Positions 7,852 to 16,484 of a DNA stretch of 49,710 bases are shown piece after piece. Position 1 is the stretch's first letter, and each line of letters starts with the position of its first letter. The notes under the pieces were generated by a model. That model saw only the letters and a program-made list of their open reading frames with translations, did no database searches and was not told the origin of the DNA. Both the position numbers and the translations under genes were made by a program. The DNA is from Actinomycetota bacterium (GTDB taxonomy: Bacteria; Actinomycetota; Acidimicrobiia; IMCC26256; VFJJ01), in NCBI GenBank assembly GCA_009886115.1, contig VFJJ01000130.1, positions 1 through 49,710 of the forward strand. The letters are read 5' to 3'.

Positions 7852-9102
7852 ATGATGCGATCGATGTTCTCCGGTGTTTCCGGTCTGCGAGCCCACCAGA
7901 CGATGATGGACGTCGTCGGCAACAACATCGCCAACGTCAACACCGCCGGATTCAAGGCATCCCAGGTCACCTTTCAAGAGGCGCTGTCCCAGACCGTTCG
8001 TGGAGCCTCCGGCAGCAGCGCGGCGGGGCGAGGTGGCACGAACCCCATCCAGCTCGGCCTCGGTGTGATCGTGGCCTCTGTCGACGGTGTCTTCACCCAG
8101 GGTGCCACCCAGGTGACGGGCCGCTCGACCGACCTCGCCGTGCAGGGTGACGGCTTTTTCATCGTCACGCAGAATCCCGCCGACCAGACCTACACCCGGG
8201 CCGGGGCGTTCAACTTCGACGAGGATGGCTACCTCGTCAACCCCGATGGCCTCAAGGTCCAGGGGTGGGTCCCGAACGCGGTGGGCGTGATCGACACCAA
8301 CACGACCGTCGCCGACATCACCCTGCCGATCGGCCAGGTGATCGACCCCACCCCCACGACGACGGCCTCGATCGGCGGGAACCTCTCGGCCGACGCCCCG
8401 GTCGCCACGCAGTCGGTCACCACCATCGGGGTGTACGACTCCGAAGGGCGAGCCCACCAGCTCCAGGTCACCTTCACCAAGACCGCGACGAACGCGTGGG
8501 ACGCCGCCGGACTCCTCGACGGTGTGACAACGATCGACATGAACGGGGCGGGTGCCGGCACGGTCGCCGCGGTCACGTTCAGCCCGACGGGCCAGCTCAC
8601 GTCGGGCAACATCACGCCTACCGCGATCGCGATCGCCGGCGCGAACACCATGACCGTCGTGCTCGACCTCACCGGCAGCAGCCCGCTGGTGCAGTTCGGT
8701 GGTGCATCGACGGCCGCGGCGTTCACGCAGAACGGCGAGGCCATCGGGTCCCTGCGGAACTTCGCCATCGGAGGCGACGGCTCGGTCACCGGCCAGTTCT
8801 CCAACGGCGCCACCAAGGTGCTGGCTCGCGTCGCCATCGCGACGTTCAACAACCCCACGGGTCTCACCCGGCAGGGGAACTCGAACTTCAGCCAGACGGT
8901 CAACTCCGGTCAGCCGATCATCGGGACGGCCGGCACGGGGAACCGCGGCACGCTCATCGCCGGCGCGGTCGAGATGTCGAACGTCGATCTGGCCCGGGAG
9001 TTCACCTCGATGATCATCGCCCAGCGTGGATTCCAGGCCAACTCCCGCATCATCACGACCTCGGACGAGATGCTGAACGAGCTCGTGAACCTCAAGCGCT
9101 GA
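7852..9102 (+). CDS. flgE: Hook protein FlgE
   Basis: GNNIANVNTAGFK, DLAVQGDGFF, YTRAGAF, EMSNVDLAREF, AQRGFQANSR. Confidence 0.97.
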   Translation: MMRSMFSGVSGLRAHQTMMDVVGNNIANVNTAGFKASQVTFQEALSQTVRGASGSSAAGRGGTNPIQLGLGVIVASVDGVFTQGATQVTGRSTDLAVQGDGFFIVTQNPADQTYTRAGAFNFDEDGYLVNPDGLKVQGWVPNAVGVIDTNTTVADITLPIGQVIDPTPTTTASIGGNLSADAPVATQSVTTIGVYDSEGRAHQLQVTFTKTATNAWDAAGLLDGVTTIDMNGAGAGTVAAVTFSPTGQLTSGNITPTAIAIAGANTMTVVLDLTGSSPLVQFGGASTAAAFTQNGEAIGSLRNFAIGGDGSVTGQFSNGATKVLARVAIATFNNPTGLTRQGNSNFSQTVNSGQPIIGTAGTGNRGTLIAGAVEMSNVDLAREFTSMIIAQRGFQANSRIITTSDEMLNELVNLKR

Positions 9103-9135
9103 TCCCGGGGCCGCGCCTGTCGCACGCACCGGTCG

Positions 9136-9162
9136 TTAACTCCTCGGCACTTCGTCCGACGA
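9136..9162 (+). promoter_or_regulatory. Sigma28-like promoter of flbD-fliL
   Basis: TTAA-N15-TCCGACGA. Confidence 0.5.
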
Positions 9163-9195
9163 GTGGGTCACAGGGGAACAACCCGGAGGTACCAC

Positions 9196-9462
9196 GTGAT
9201 CCTCGTTCATCGCCTGAAGGGCGAGCCGCTCTTCCTCAACGCCGACCTCATCGAGTGCATCGAGTCGACCCCCGACACGATGGTCACGCTCGCCGACGGC
9301 CGGAAGTACGCCGTGGCCGAGCGACCCGAGCAGGTCGTCGAGGCAGCGCGGACGTTCCGGGCATCGGTGCTCGTGGCGGCTCAGGACATGCGGTCGGGTC
9401 CTCCTGCTCCTGTGCTCCAACTGGCGCCGGTTCGTCTCACCGGTGAGGACGACGACGACTGA
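9196..9462 (+). CDS. flbD: Flagellar protein FlbD (SwrD family)
   Basis: MILVHRLKGEPLFLNADLIECIESTPDTMVTL; GGAGG then GTG 9196. Confidence 0.92.
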   Translation: MILVHRLKGEPLFLNADLIECIESTPDTMVTLADGRKYAVAERPEQVVEAARTFRASVLVAAQDMRSGPPAPVLQLAPVRLTGEDDDD

Positions 9463-9509
9463 TTCATCGCTGACCGGAGACGGCCTGCGATGCGACGGAG
9501 GAACCGAAG

Positions 9510-10154
9510 ATGGCCAAGAAGGCCAAGGGCAAGCCCCTCGCTGAAGGCGAGGAGCCCCCGAAGAAGGACAACAAGAAGAAGATCATCATCGTGGTCGCGC
9601 TGGCCGCGGCCTGGAAGATGGGCTTCCTGCCCATCGGGGGGTCGAAGGACGCCTCGGCGGTGACGACCACGACCGCCATGTGGCCGGGCGATGCCGTCGA
9701 CGTCGGCGAGCCCCTGGTCGTGAACCTGGCCGACGAGACCACGACGGCCTATGCCCGTGTAGGGATCGCCCTGGTGCTCCCCGGGCACGGCGTGCAACCG
9801 GGAACCGAGGACGAGGCTCACGCGCTCCCCGGCGCATCGCAGACGGTCCTCGCCGACGGCCTCCCGGTCGTCCCCGGCGGCTTCGGTGGTGGACGCGTCG
9901 GCGCCCCGCAGGTCGTGACCCCGGCTCCAGATCAGGGAGCGGGCGCGGTCGACCCGGTCGTGGCCCTGGAGAAGAAGTTCCCCCGGATGCGAGCTGCCGC
10001 CACCGACATCGTCCGAGCCCACACGTCCGAGGAGCTCGAGTCGGAGGACGGGACCGTGATGCTCGAAGACGAGCTCACCGAAGCGGCGTTCGAGATCTTC
10101 GGTGACCGCGACATCTACGGGGTCATCGTCACCGAGCTCGTCATCCAGAAGTAG
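9510..10154 (+). CDS. fliL: Basal body-associated protein FliL
   Basis: Lys-rich N-terminus then TM, VVNLAD, C-terminal TELVIQ; upstream of fliM. Confidence 0.85.
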   Translation: MAKKAKGKPLAEGEEPPKKDNKKKIIIVVALAAAWKMGFLPIGGSKDASAVTTTTAMWPGDAVDVGEPLVVNLADETTTAYARVGIALVLPGHGVQPGTEDEAHALPGASQTVLADGLPVVPGGFGGGRVGAPQVVTPAPDQGAGAVDPVVALEKKFPRMRAAATDIVRAHTSEELESEDGTVMLEDELTEAAFEIFGDRDIYGVIVTELVIQK

Positions 10155-10198
10155 GCCACGGCGGCCCGGCTCGGAGTCGGAGTCGGACGAGGTCTTCC

Positions 10199-10225
10199 TA
10201 CAGACGGCGGATCGGTGGCCGATAG
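10199..10225 (+). promoter_or_regulatory. Sigma28-like promoter of fliM
   Basis: TACA-N15-GCCGATAG. Confidence 0.65.
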
Positions 10226-10261
10226 ATGACGAACGGTACATAGCGGAACGAGACGGACGAG

Positions 10262-11239
10262 ATGGCGGACGGCAAACTCAGCCAGACGGAGATCGATGCG
10301 CTGCTCGCCGCCATGCGCCCGCAGTCGGTCGCGTCCACGCCGACGAAGAACTACGTCGAATTCGACTTCCGCCGCCCGAGCAAGTTCACCCGTGAGCTCA
10401 TCCGCTCGGTCGAGGCGTCACACGAGCTCTTCTCCCGGCGCTTCGCCGGGCTCGTGACCCAGCAGCTCCGGGCGGTCGTGCACGTCGAACCGCTGGCGAC
10501 CGACCAGATCACCTATCAGGACTACATCCGGTCGATGGCCAACCCGACCGTGCTCACGATTCTGAACCTCGCTCCATGGCCCGGCCAGGCCGTGATCGAG
10601 CTTTCGACCCAGATGGCGTTGACCCTGGTCGACCGCATGCTCGGCGGGCCCGGGCGGCCCATCCCCCTGCGGCGTCCCACCGATCTCGAGATCACCCTCA
10701 TACGCGTCCTGATGGACGCCGCCTGCTCGGCATTGAAGGAGACCTTCGCCGACGTGCTCGAGGTGACGCCCACGGTCAGCTCGGTGGAGCTCAACCCGAA
10801 CTTCGTCCAGGCCGTGGCTCCGTCGGAGATGGCGCTGCTGTTGTCGTATCAAATGTCGGTCACGTCGACCCGCCGCACCGACGGTCTCTTGACGCTCTGC
10901 TATCCGTTCTCGACCCTGCAGCCGGCGATGGAACGGCTCGAGCGTCAGGTGTGGACCGAAGACCGTCCCAGCCTGATGAGCGCCAACTCGAGCGGGATTC
11001 CACCGCTCAACGCACATCTCCGCGAGGTGGACGTCCCGATCACGGTCCGTCTGCGGGTCAGCAAGATCCCGGCGATCGACGTGGCGACGCTGCGACCAGG
11101 CGACGTGCTGCGACTCGATCATCGGGTGGGAGAGCCAGTGATCGGCACGGTCGAGGGCCGCGAGGTCCTCGAAGGCAACGTCGGACGCGTGGGGCGGAGA
11201 TTGGCCCTCCAGCTGACCGACTGGTTGGTCGACCAATGA
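10262..11239 (+). CDS. fliM: Motor switch protein FliM
   Basis: LSQTEIDALL CheY-binding peptide, FDFRRPSKF, MLGGPG, SpoA-like end. Confidence 0.96.
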   Translation: MADGKLSQTEIDALLAAMRPQSVASTPTKNYVEFDFRRPSKFTRELIRSVEASHELFSRRFAGLVTQQLRAVVHVEPLATDQITYQDYIRSMANPTVLTILNLAPWPGQAVIELSTQMALTLVDRMLGGPGRPIPLRRPTDLEITLIRVLMDAACSALKETFADVLEVTPTVSSVELNPNFVQAVAPSEMALLLSYQMSVTSTRRTDGLLTLCYPFSTLQPAMERLERQVWTEDRPSLMSANSSGIPPLNAHLREVDVPITVRLRVSKIPAIDVATLRPGDVLRLDHRVGEPVIGTVEGREVLEGNVGRVGRRLALQLTDWLVDQ

Positions 11240-11306
11240 CACAGGACCACTCGACCCGTCTCCACCGAGACGGCGCGCGCCCGAGCGGACACATCCGGGG
11301 ACGACG

Positions 11307-12368
11307 ATGAGCACCACCTCCACTTCCACCGAGTTCTTCAACGACGCGGTGGGTGAGATCGGCAACATGATGATGGGCGCCGGGGCCACCAACCTGGCCG
11401 GCCTCCTGGGGGTACCCGTCAGCATCACGACGCCACAGGTCGACGAGGGTGTCCCCGACGATGCCTATCCCGAAGGTCGTTCGGTGGTCGTGCGGGTCGA
11501 GCTCACCGGCGCGGTCTCCGGGCACTCGGTCTTCCTCTTGCCGACCGAGCAGACCATCGAGATCGTCAAGCTCATGACCGAGGGCATGGACCTCCCGGAG
11601 GAGGAGATCCTCGGCGAGTTCGGCATGTCTGCCATCGGCGAGGCGATGAACCAGCTCATCGCCGGCGCGGCCCGGGCGCTCGGCGAGATCGTCGGCGGGC
11701 TCGTCGACATCACGCCCCCGTTCATCGAGATCCTCGAGCGCGAAGACATCGACATCGGCTTCGACACCACGCGCACCTGCACGATCAGCTTCAACGTGCA
11801 GATCGGCGCCAACATGACGGGCCGGTTGTCGTGGCTCATGGACCGGGAGCTCGCCGCCGGGCTCATCCAGCGCGTCGAAGCCCACATGGCGGGCGGCTCG
11901 ACCCCGTCGCCGTCCGAACCTGTCGCTGCGTCGCCGCCACCGCCGGTTGCGGCCGCGCCCGCAGCTGCTCCCCCCCCTGTCTACGCCCCGGCGTCCGAGC
12001 CGTCGTATGCGGCCGCGGCCGCGCCCCCGCCTGGATACGCAGCGGCGCCGGCGCCTCAAGTTCAGCCGGCGTCCTTCCCCGAGCTCCGGGCTCCGGTGGG
12101 CCCACCGGCATCACAGGCCGACATCGCCAAGTTGTCGGACGTGACCCTCAACGTGACCGTCGAGCTCGGACGGACCACCTTGAAGGTCAAGGAACTGCTG
12201 GGCCTCGGGCCCGGCAGCGTCGTTGAGCTCGACCGGATCGCGGGTGCTCCCGTCGACATCCTGGTCAACGGAACGCTCGTCGCCCGAGGTGATGTCGTGG
12301 TGGTCGACGACGAGCTCGGCGTCCGAGTCAGTGAAGTCATCGATCCATCGGACAGGAAGGCCAACTGA
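11307..12368 (+). CDS. fliY: FliY (CheC-like phosphatase domain fused to FliN)
   Basis: GEIGN and GEAMN ExxN motifs, Pro/Ala linker, FliN domain VTVELGRT...GSVVELD...VDILVNG. Confidence 0.88.
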   Translation: MSTTSTSTEFFNDAVGEIGNMMMGAGATNLAGLLGVPVSITTPQVDEGVPDDAYPEGRSVVVRVELTGAVSGHSVFLLPTEQTIEIVKLMTEGMDLPEEEILGEFGMSAIGEAMNQLIAGAARALGEIVGGLVDITPPFIEILEREDIDIGFDTTRTCTISFNVQIGANMTGRLSWLMDRELAAGLIQRVEAHMAGGSTPSPSEPVAASPPPPVAAAPAAAPPPVYAPASEPSYAAAAAPPPGYAAAPAPQVQPASFPELRAPVGPPASQADIAKLSDVTLNVTVELGRTTLKVKELLGLGPGSVVELDRIAGAPVDILVNGTLVARGDVVVVDDELGVRVSEVIDPSDRKAN

Positions 12369-12369
12369 A

Positions 12370-12729
12370 ATGGCACGAATCATGGTTGTCGACGATGCAG
12401 CGTTCATGCGGACGGTGCTCAAGAAGATCCTCAGCGAGGCGGGACACGAGGTCGTCGGTGAGGCGACCGACGGCGTCGACGCCTGCGCGAAGTACGCCGA
12501 GCTCAAGCCCGATCTCGTGACGATGGACATCACCATGCCCAACATGGATGGGGTCCAGGCGCTCAAGCAGATCCGATCGATCGACGGCAACGCCCGGATC
12601 ATCATGTGCTCGGCCATGGGCCAGGAGTCACTTGTCGTCGAGGCGATCAGCAGTGGCGCCCGCGACTTCGTGGCCAAGCCCTTCGAGGCCGGCCGCGTCG
12701 TCGGTGCCATCGCCAAGGCCCTGCTCTGA
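12370..12729 (+). CDS. cheY: Chemotaxis response regulator CheY
   Basis: MARIMVVDDAAFMR, PDLVTMDITMP, MCSAMGQ, FVAKPF. Confidence 0.93.
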   Translation: MARIMVVDDAAFMRTVLKKILSEAGHEVVGEATDGVDACAKYAELKPDLVTMDITMPNMDGVQALKQIRSIDGNARIIMCSAMGQESLVVEAISSGARDFVAKPFEAGRVVGAIAKALL

Positions 12730-12805
12730 CGCTCATCGCACCTGCGATCGCGAATCCGATGCGCTCTCACACCTTCCTTCGTTCGACCAGCCGCGAGGCG
12801 AGTCG

Positions 12806-13303
12806 ATGACGACGGCCGACATCGTTCGGCTCGTGGTCTCGCTCGTCCTCGTGGTGGGCGGGCTCTTCGTGCTGCGCTGGTGGACCCAGCGCGGCCGCGG
12901 CCGCAGCCTCCGTCGGCAGGCGATGGTGGGGCGCGTCCCGATTCGCGTGATCGGCCGAGCCGGTCTGGCGCGAGGCGCGAGCGTCGCCGTCATCGAGGTG
13001 GGAACCCAGCGGTTCCTCGTCGGTGCCAGCGAGCACTCGGTGTCGCTCCTCTCGGAGCTCCCGGTCACCGGGCACGTCGAGAGCCGCTTGGAAGCGAGCG
13101 CCCCCGGATCGCAGGCGACCGGTGGCGCCGATGCTGGCGCGGCACCCGTCGCCGATGAAGTCCCCGAGCAGTTCGACTCCTCGGTCAGCACCCTTGATTC
13201 CTCCACGGATGCACATACTGGGCCACGGATGGGCCTCGTTGCGCGCTTGCAGCTGATGACGCTGCGAGCGCCCGACCGACGGCCATCCCGTGCAGTCTCG
13301 TAA
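12806..13303 (+). CDS. fliO: FliO/FliZ flagellar biosynthesis protein
   Basis: N-terminal TM, IRVIGRAGL...VAVIEVGTQRFLVGASEHSVSLL; precedes fliP. Confidence 0.85.
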   Translation: MTTADIVRLVVSLVLVVGGLFVLRWWTQRGRGRSLRRQAMVGRVPIRVIGRAGLARGASVAVIEVGTQRFLVGASEHSVSLLSELPVTGHVESRLEASAPGSQATGGADAGAAPVADEVPEQFDSSVSTLDSSTDAHTGPRMGLVARLQLMTLRAPDRRPSRAVS

Positions 13304-14255
13304 CGTCAGCGTCCGTCGCAGTCTCTCCAACCATCGTCAGGCTCTTCCCCCCGAGGTTCTTGCGCGGCGGGCCGCGATCCTGGCCAAGGTGCGCTCGTGG
13401 TCGTGGCTGTGCGCCGGCGCGATGTTCATCGTCTTGTCGTTCGGTGTCGCCAACGCGCCCGACGTGCGCGCCCAGGAAGCTCCCAGCGTGCCGCCCGACC
13501 CCGTGTTGACCGTCGACCCGCCCGTGATCGGTGAGCCCGATCCCCTGGTCGAGGTGCAATCGCCCGACGCCCCCAACGACCCCAACGACATCAACATCAA
13601 GGTCGACTCGGGCGAAGGCACGCTCTCGCGCACGGTGGTCATCATCCTCCTGATGACGGTGGCCTCGATCGCCCCTTCGGTCTTGTTGCTCACGACCTGC
13701 TTCACGCGCTTCATCATCACGTTGTCGTTGACCCGCAACGCCCTCGGCGCCCAGACCCTGCCACCGACGCAGGTCCTGGTCGGGTTGGCTCTGTTCCTCA
13801 CGGTCTTCGTGATGCGCCCGATCTTCGTGCAGATCAACGACGACGCCGTCCAGCCCATGCTGAACAACGAGATCGAGGCGGGCGAGGCGTTCGAGAAGGG
13901 CTTCGACCCGTTGCGCAAGTTCATGCTCCGCCAGGTCGACGACAAGGACCTGGCCCTGTTCGTGAACCTGGCCGATCAGCCCAAGCCCGAGAGCAACGAG
14001 GACATCTCGCCGACGACACTCATCCCGGCCTACGTGATCTCCGAGCTGCGCCACGCCTTCGTGATCGGCTTCGTGATCTTCGTGCCGTTCCTCATCATCG
14101 ACCTGGTGGCGTCGTCGGTGCTGATGTCGATGGGCATGGTCATGCTCCCGCCGGTGTTCATCTCCCTGCCGCTCAAGCTCCTCCTGTTCGTGCTGGTCGA
14201 CGGGTGGAACCTCATCATCGGCTCGGTGGTCCGATCCGTCCAAGGAGTCACGTAG
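13290..14255 (+). CDS. fliP: Export gate protein FliP
   Basis: TCFTRFII, PPTQVLVGLALFLT, LIPAYVISEL, MGMVMLPP, KLLLFVLVDGW; start uncertain. Confidence 0.96.
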   Translation: MQSRNVSVRRSLSNHRQALPPEVLARRAAILAKVRSWSWLCAGAMFIVLSFGVANAPDVRAQEAPSVPPDPVLTVDPPVIGEPDPLVEVQSPDAPNDPNDINIKVDSGEGTLSRTVVIILLMTVASIAPSVLLLTTCFTRFIITLSLTRNALGAQTLPPTQVLVGLALFLTVFVMRPIFVQINDDAVQPMLNNEIEAGEAFEKGFDPLRKFMLRQVDDKDLALFVNLADQPKPESNEDISPTTLIPAYVISELRHAFVIGFVIFVPFLIIDLVASSVLMSMGMVMLPPVFISLPLKLLLFVLVDGWNLIIGSVVRSVQGVT

Positions 14256-14259
14256 CGCC

Positions 14260-14529
14260 ATGACCGACGCGCAAGTTCTCGATCTCGTTCGCAGCGGCCT
14301 GGTGCTCGGCGCCAAGGTGTCGGCGCCGCTGTTGATCGCCAGCCTCGTCGTGGGCGTGGCGATCTCGCTGCTGCAGACGGTCACGCAGATTCAGGAGATG
14401 ACGCTCACCTTCGTGCCCAAGCTCGTCGTCTCGGCGGTGATCATCCTCCTCGCCGGGAACTGGATGATGCACGAGATGGTCACCTGGGTCACCAACCTCT
14501 GGGGTGGGATCCCCGAGATGGTGAGCTGA
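14260..14529 (+). CDS. fliQ: Export gate protein FliQ
   Basis: QTVTQIQEMTLTFVPK. Confidence 0.97.
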   Translation: MTDAQVLDLVRSGLVLGAKVSAPLLIASLVVGVAISLLQTVTQIQEMTLTFVPKLVVSAVIILLAGNWMMHEMVTWVTNLWGGIPEMVS

Positions 14530-15293
14530 TGGACATCACGATCAACGCCCACTGGGTTGCGGGCTTCTTGTTCTCGGTCACGAGGATGGGAGCGTTCGTC
14601 GCGGCGTCGCCGGCATTCAACCGATCCCTCCCCCGGCTGGGTCGCCTGGCACTGGTGATGTCGGTGGGGCTGTTCCTCGCCGACCCGGTGTCCACCGAGC
14701 TCACCGTGGTGCGCATCGTGTACGGCGCGGCGATCAACCTCACCGTGGGCCTGATGATCGGGCTCTTGACGGGGTTCTTGTTCCATCTCTTCGCCATCGC
14801 CGGCGATCTCATCGACGTGCAGTCGGGGCTCGCCAACTCGGCCCTGTTCGATCCGGTCTCGGGCCACAACTCGGCGCTGTTCACCCGCATGTTCTCGATG
14901 ACCTCGCTCACCGTGTTCTTCCTGATCGGGGGCGATCGCCTGATGATCGCCGGGATGGCAACCAGCGTCGACGCCATCCCGCTCGACGGCACGATCTCCG
15001 TGAGCGACGGACTGGGCAACCTGATCCTGCCCCTGATCTCGCGCATCTTCGTCGCCGGCATCGAGTTGGCTGCGCCGGTGATGGCGGCGCTGTTCGTCAC
15101 CGATGCCGTCCTCGGCATCGCCAACCGGTTCGCGCCGCAGATGAACGTGTTCATGCTGGGCATGCCGATCAAGCTGCTGCTGACGCTCTCGACCGTGGGG
15201 ATCGTGCTGATGCTGTTCTCCCCCTTCGAGCAGGGGCTCCTCAACGACATCCCCCGCATCACCACCGACGTGCTCCGCGGCCTGCGGCCATAA
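14529..15293 (+). CDS. fliR: Export gate protein FliR
   Basis: AGDLIDVQSG, LAAPV, RFAPQMNVF. Confidence 0.96.
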   Translation: MDITINAHWVAGFLFSVTRMGAFVAASPAFNRSLPRLGRLALVMSVGLFLADPVSTELTVVRIVYGAAINLTVGLMIGLLTGFLFHLFAIAGDLIDVQSGLANSALFDPVSGHNSALFTRMFSMTSLTVFFLIGGDRLMIAGMATSVDAIPLDGTISVSDGLGNLILPLISRIFVAGIELAAPVMAALFVTDAVLGIANRFAPQMNVFMLGMPIKLLLTLSTVGIVLMLFSPFEQGLLNDIPRITTDVLRGLRP

Positions 15294-15324
15294 GGGCATT
15301 CGTCCGCTTCGCCCCGATCCGTCG

Positions 15325-15353
15325 TTCAAGGGGCGCCACCGACGTGCCGATAG
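15325..15353 (+). promoter_or_regulatory. Sigma28-like promoter of flhB-flhA
   Basis: TCAAG-N15-GCCGATAG. Confidence 0.7.
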
Positions 15354-15361
15354 CTGCTCCT

Positions 15362-15433
15362 GACCCAGGATGGGTCGCGACCCGTCGGGTCGGCATCACC
15401 CGGAGCCACGGATCGGCGCTCCCCGCGAAAGCG
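15362..15433 (+). promoter_or_regulatory. Structured flhB leader with two GGA-loop hairpins (putative CsrA sites)
   Basis: GACCC-AGGAT-GGGTC (15362-15376), GCC-ACGGATC-GGC (15405-15417), CGC-GAAA-GCG tetraloop. Confidence 0.55.
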
Positions 15434-15440
15434 CGAGGCT

Positions 15441-16484
15441 GTGGCCCAGGCCGAAGGACGTACCGAGAAAGCGACACCCAAACGCAAGCGCGACGCGCGC
15501 CGTGAGGGCCAGGTCGTGAAGTCGGTCGAGGTCTCCACTGCCCTGTCGCTCCTGGCCGGCCTCATCGCGATCAAGGCCTTCGTGCCCCTCGTGACCGGCA
15601 GCATCGTGGATGGCGCCCGTGGGATCTGGGCCAACGCCGGCGCTGGGATCTCCCGCGATGCCCTGGCCGGGGATGCATCGAGGATGTTCCTGGTCGGCGC
15701 GGCGCCGTTTCTCGGTACCGCGCTCGTGCTCGGGGTGGTCGGAGGCTTCGCCCAGACCGGCTTCGCCTTCGCCATAGCAGCCGCCAAGCCCAAGCTCTCG
15801 AACCTGAGCCTGAAGCGGGGGCTCGGACAGCTCAAGCCCGGTCGGGCCGGCTGGACCCTCCTGAAGGAGTCCCTCAAGGTCGGGATCTTCTTCCTCGCCG
15901 TCAAGGGCCCGATCACCAACTGGATGGCGGGCTTCTCGACGGCCAAGTCGCTGTCGGCCTGGGTGACGAGCACCAGCACGATGGTGTGGTTGGCCCTCGT
16001 GCGGGGTGTCGTGCTCGGTTTCGTGATCGGGGCGGCCGACTACCTCGTGGCCAAGCGGCGCATCAACAAGCAGATCCGGATGTCGAAGCAGGAGGTGAAG
16101 GAAGAGCACAAGAGCAACGAAGGCGACCCGAGAATCAAGGGCCAGCGGCGCCGTCGAGCCCAGGAGCTCTCCCGGAACCGGATGATGAGCGAGGTGGGCA
16201 ACGCCGACGTCGTGATCACGAACCCGACGCACTACGCCGTGGCGCTCAAGTACGTCGACGGTGAGCCCGCGCCGCGAGTCGTGGCCATGGGCGCCGACCA
16301 CCTGGCGCTCAAGATCCGGAAGCTGGCTTACCGCCACGGCGTGCTCGTCCAACAAGACCCCCCGCTCGCTCGAGCCATCTACCGCCGCTGCAAGGTGGGT
16401 CAGTACATCCCGTCGATGCTCTACGAGGCCGTTGCCGTCGTGATCGCCACGGCGTACCGCCGTCGACTCAGAGGGATCGCATGA
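15441..16484 (+). CDS. flhB: Substrate-specificity switch FlhB
   Basis: TEKATPKR, EGDPRIK, NPTH autocleavage motif. Confidence 0.97.
   Translation: MAQAEGRTEKATPKRKRDARREGQVVKSVEVSTALSLLAGLIAIKAFVPLVTGSIVDGARGIWANAGAGISRDALAGDASRMFLVGAAPFLGTALVLGVVGGFAQTGFAFAIAAAKPKLSNLSLKRGLGQLKPGRAGWTLLKESLKVGIFFLAVKGPITNWMAGFSTAKSLSAWVTSTSTMVWLALVRGVVLGFVIGAADYLVAKRRINKQIRMSKQEVKEEHKSNEGDPRIKGQRRRRAQELSRNRMMSEVGNADVVITNPTHYAVALKYVDGEPAPRVVAMGADHLALKIRKLAYRHGVLVQQDPPLARAIYRRCKVGQYIPSMLYEAVAVVIATAYRRRLRGIA

Noticed and set aside
1736..9102. Absence of flgF/flgG/flgH/flgI as a novelty
   Set aside because: Monoderms lack L and P rings, and actinobacterial clusters commonly lack separate distal-rod genes
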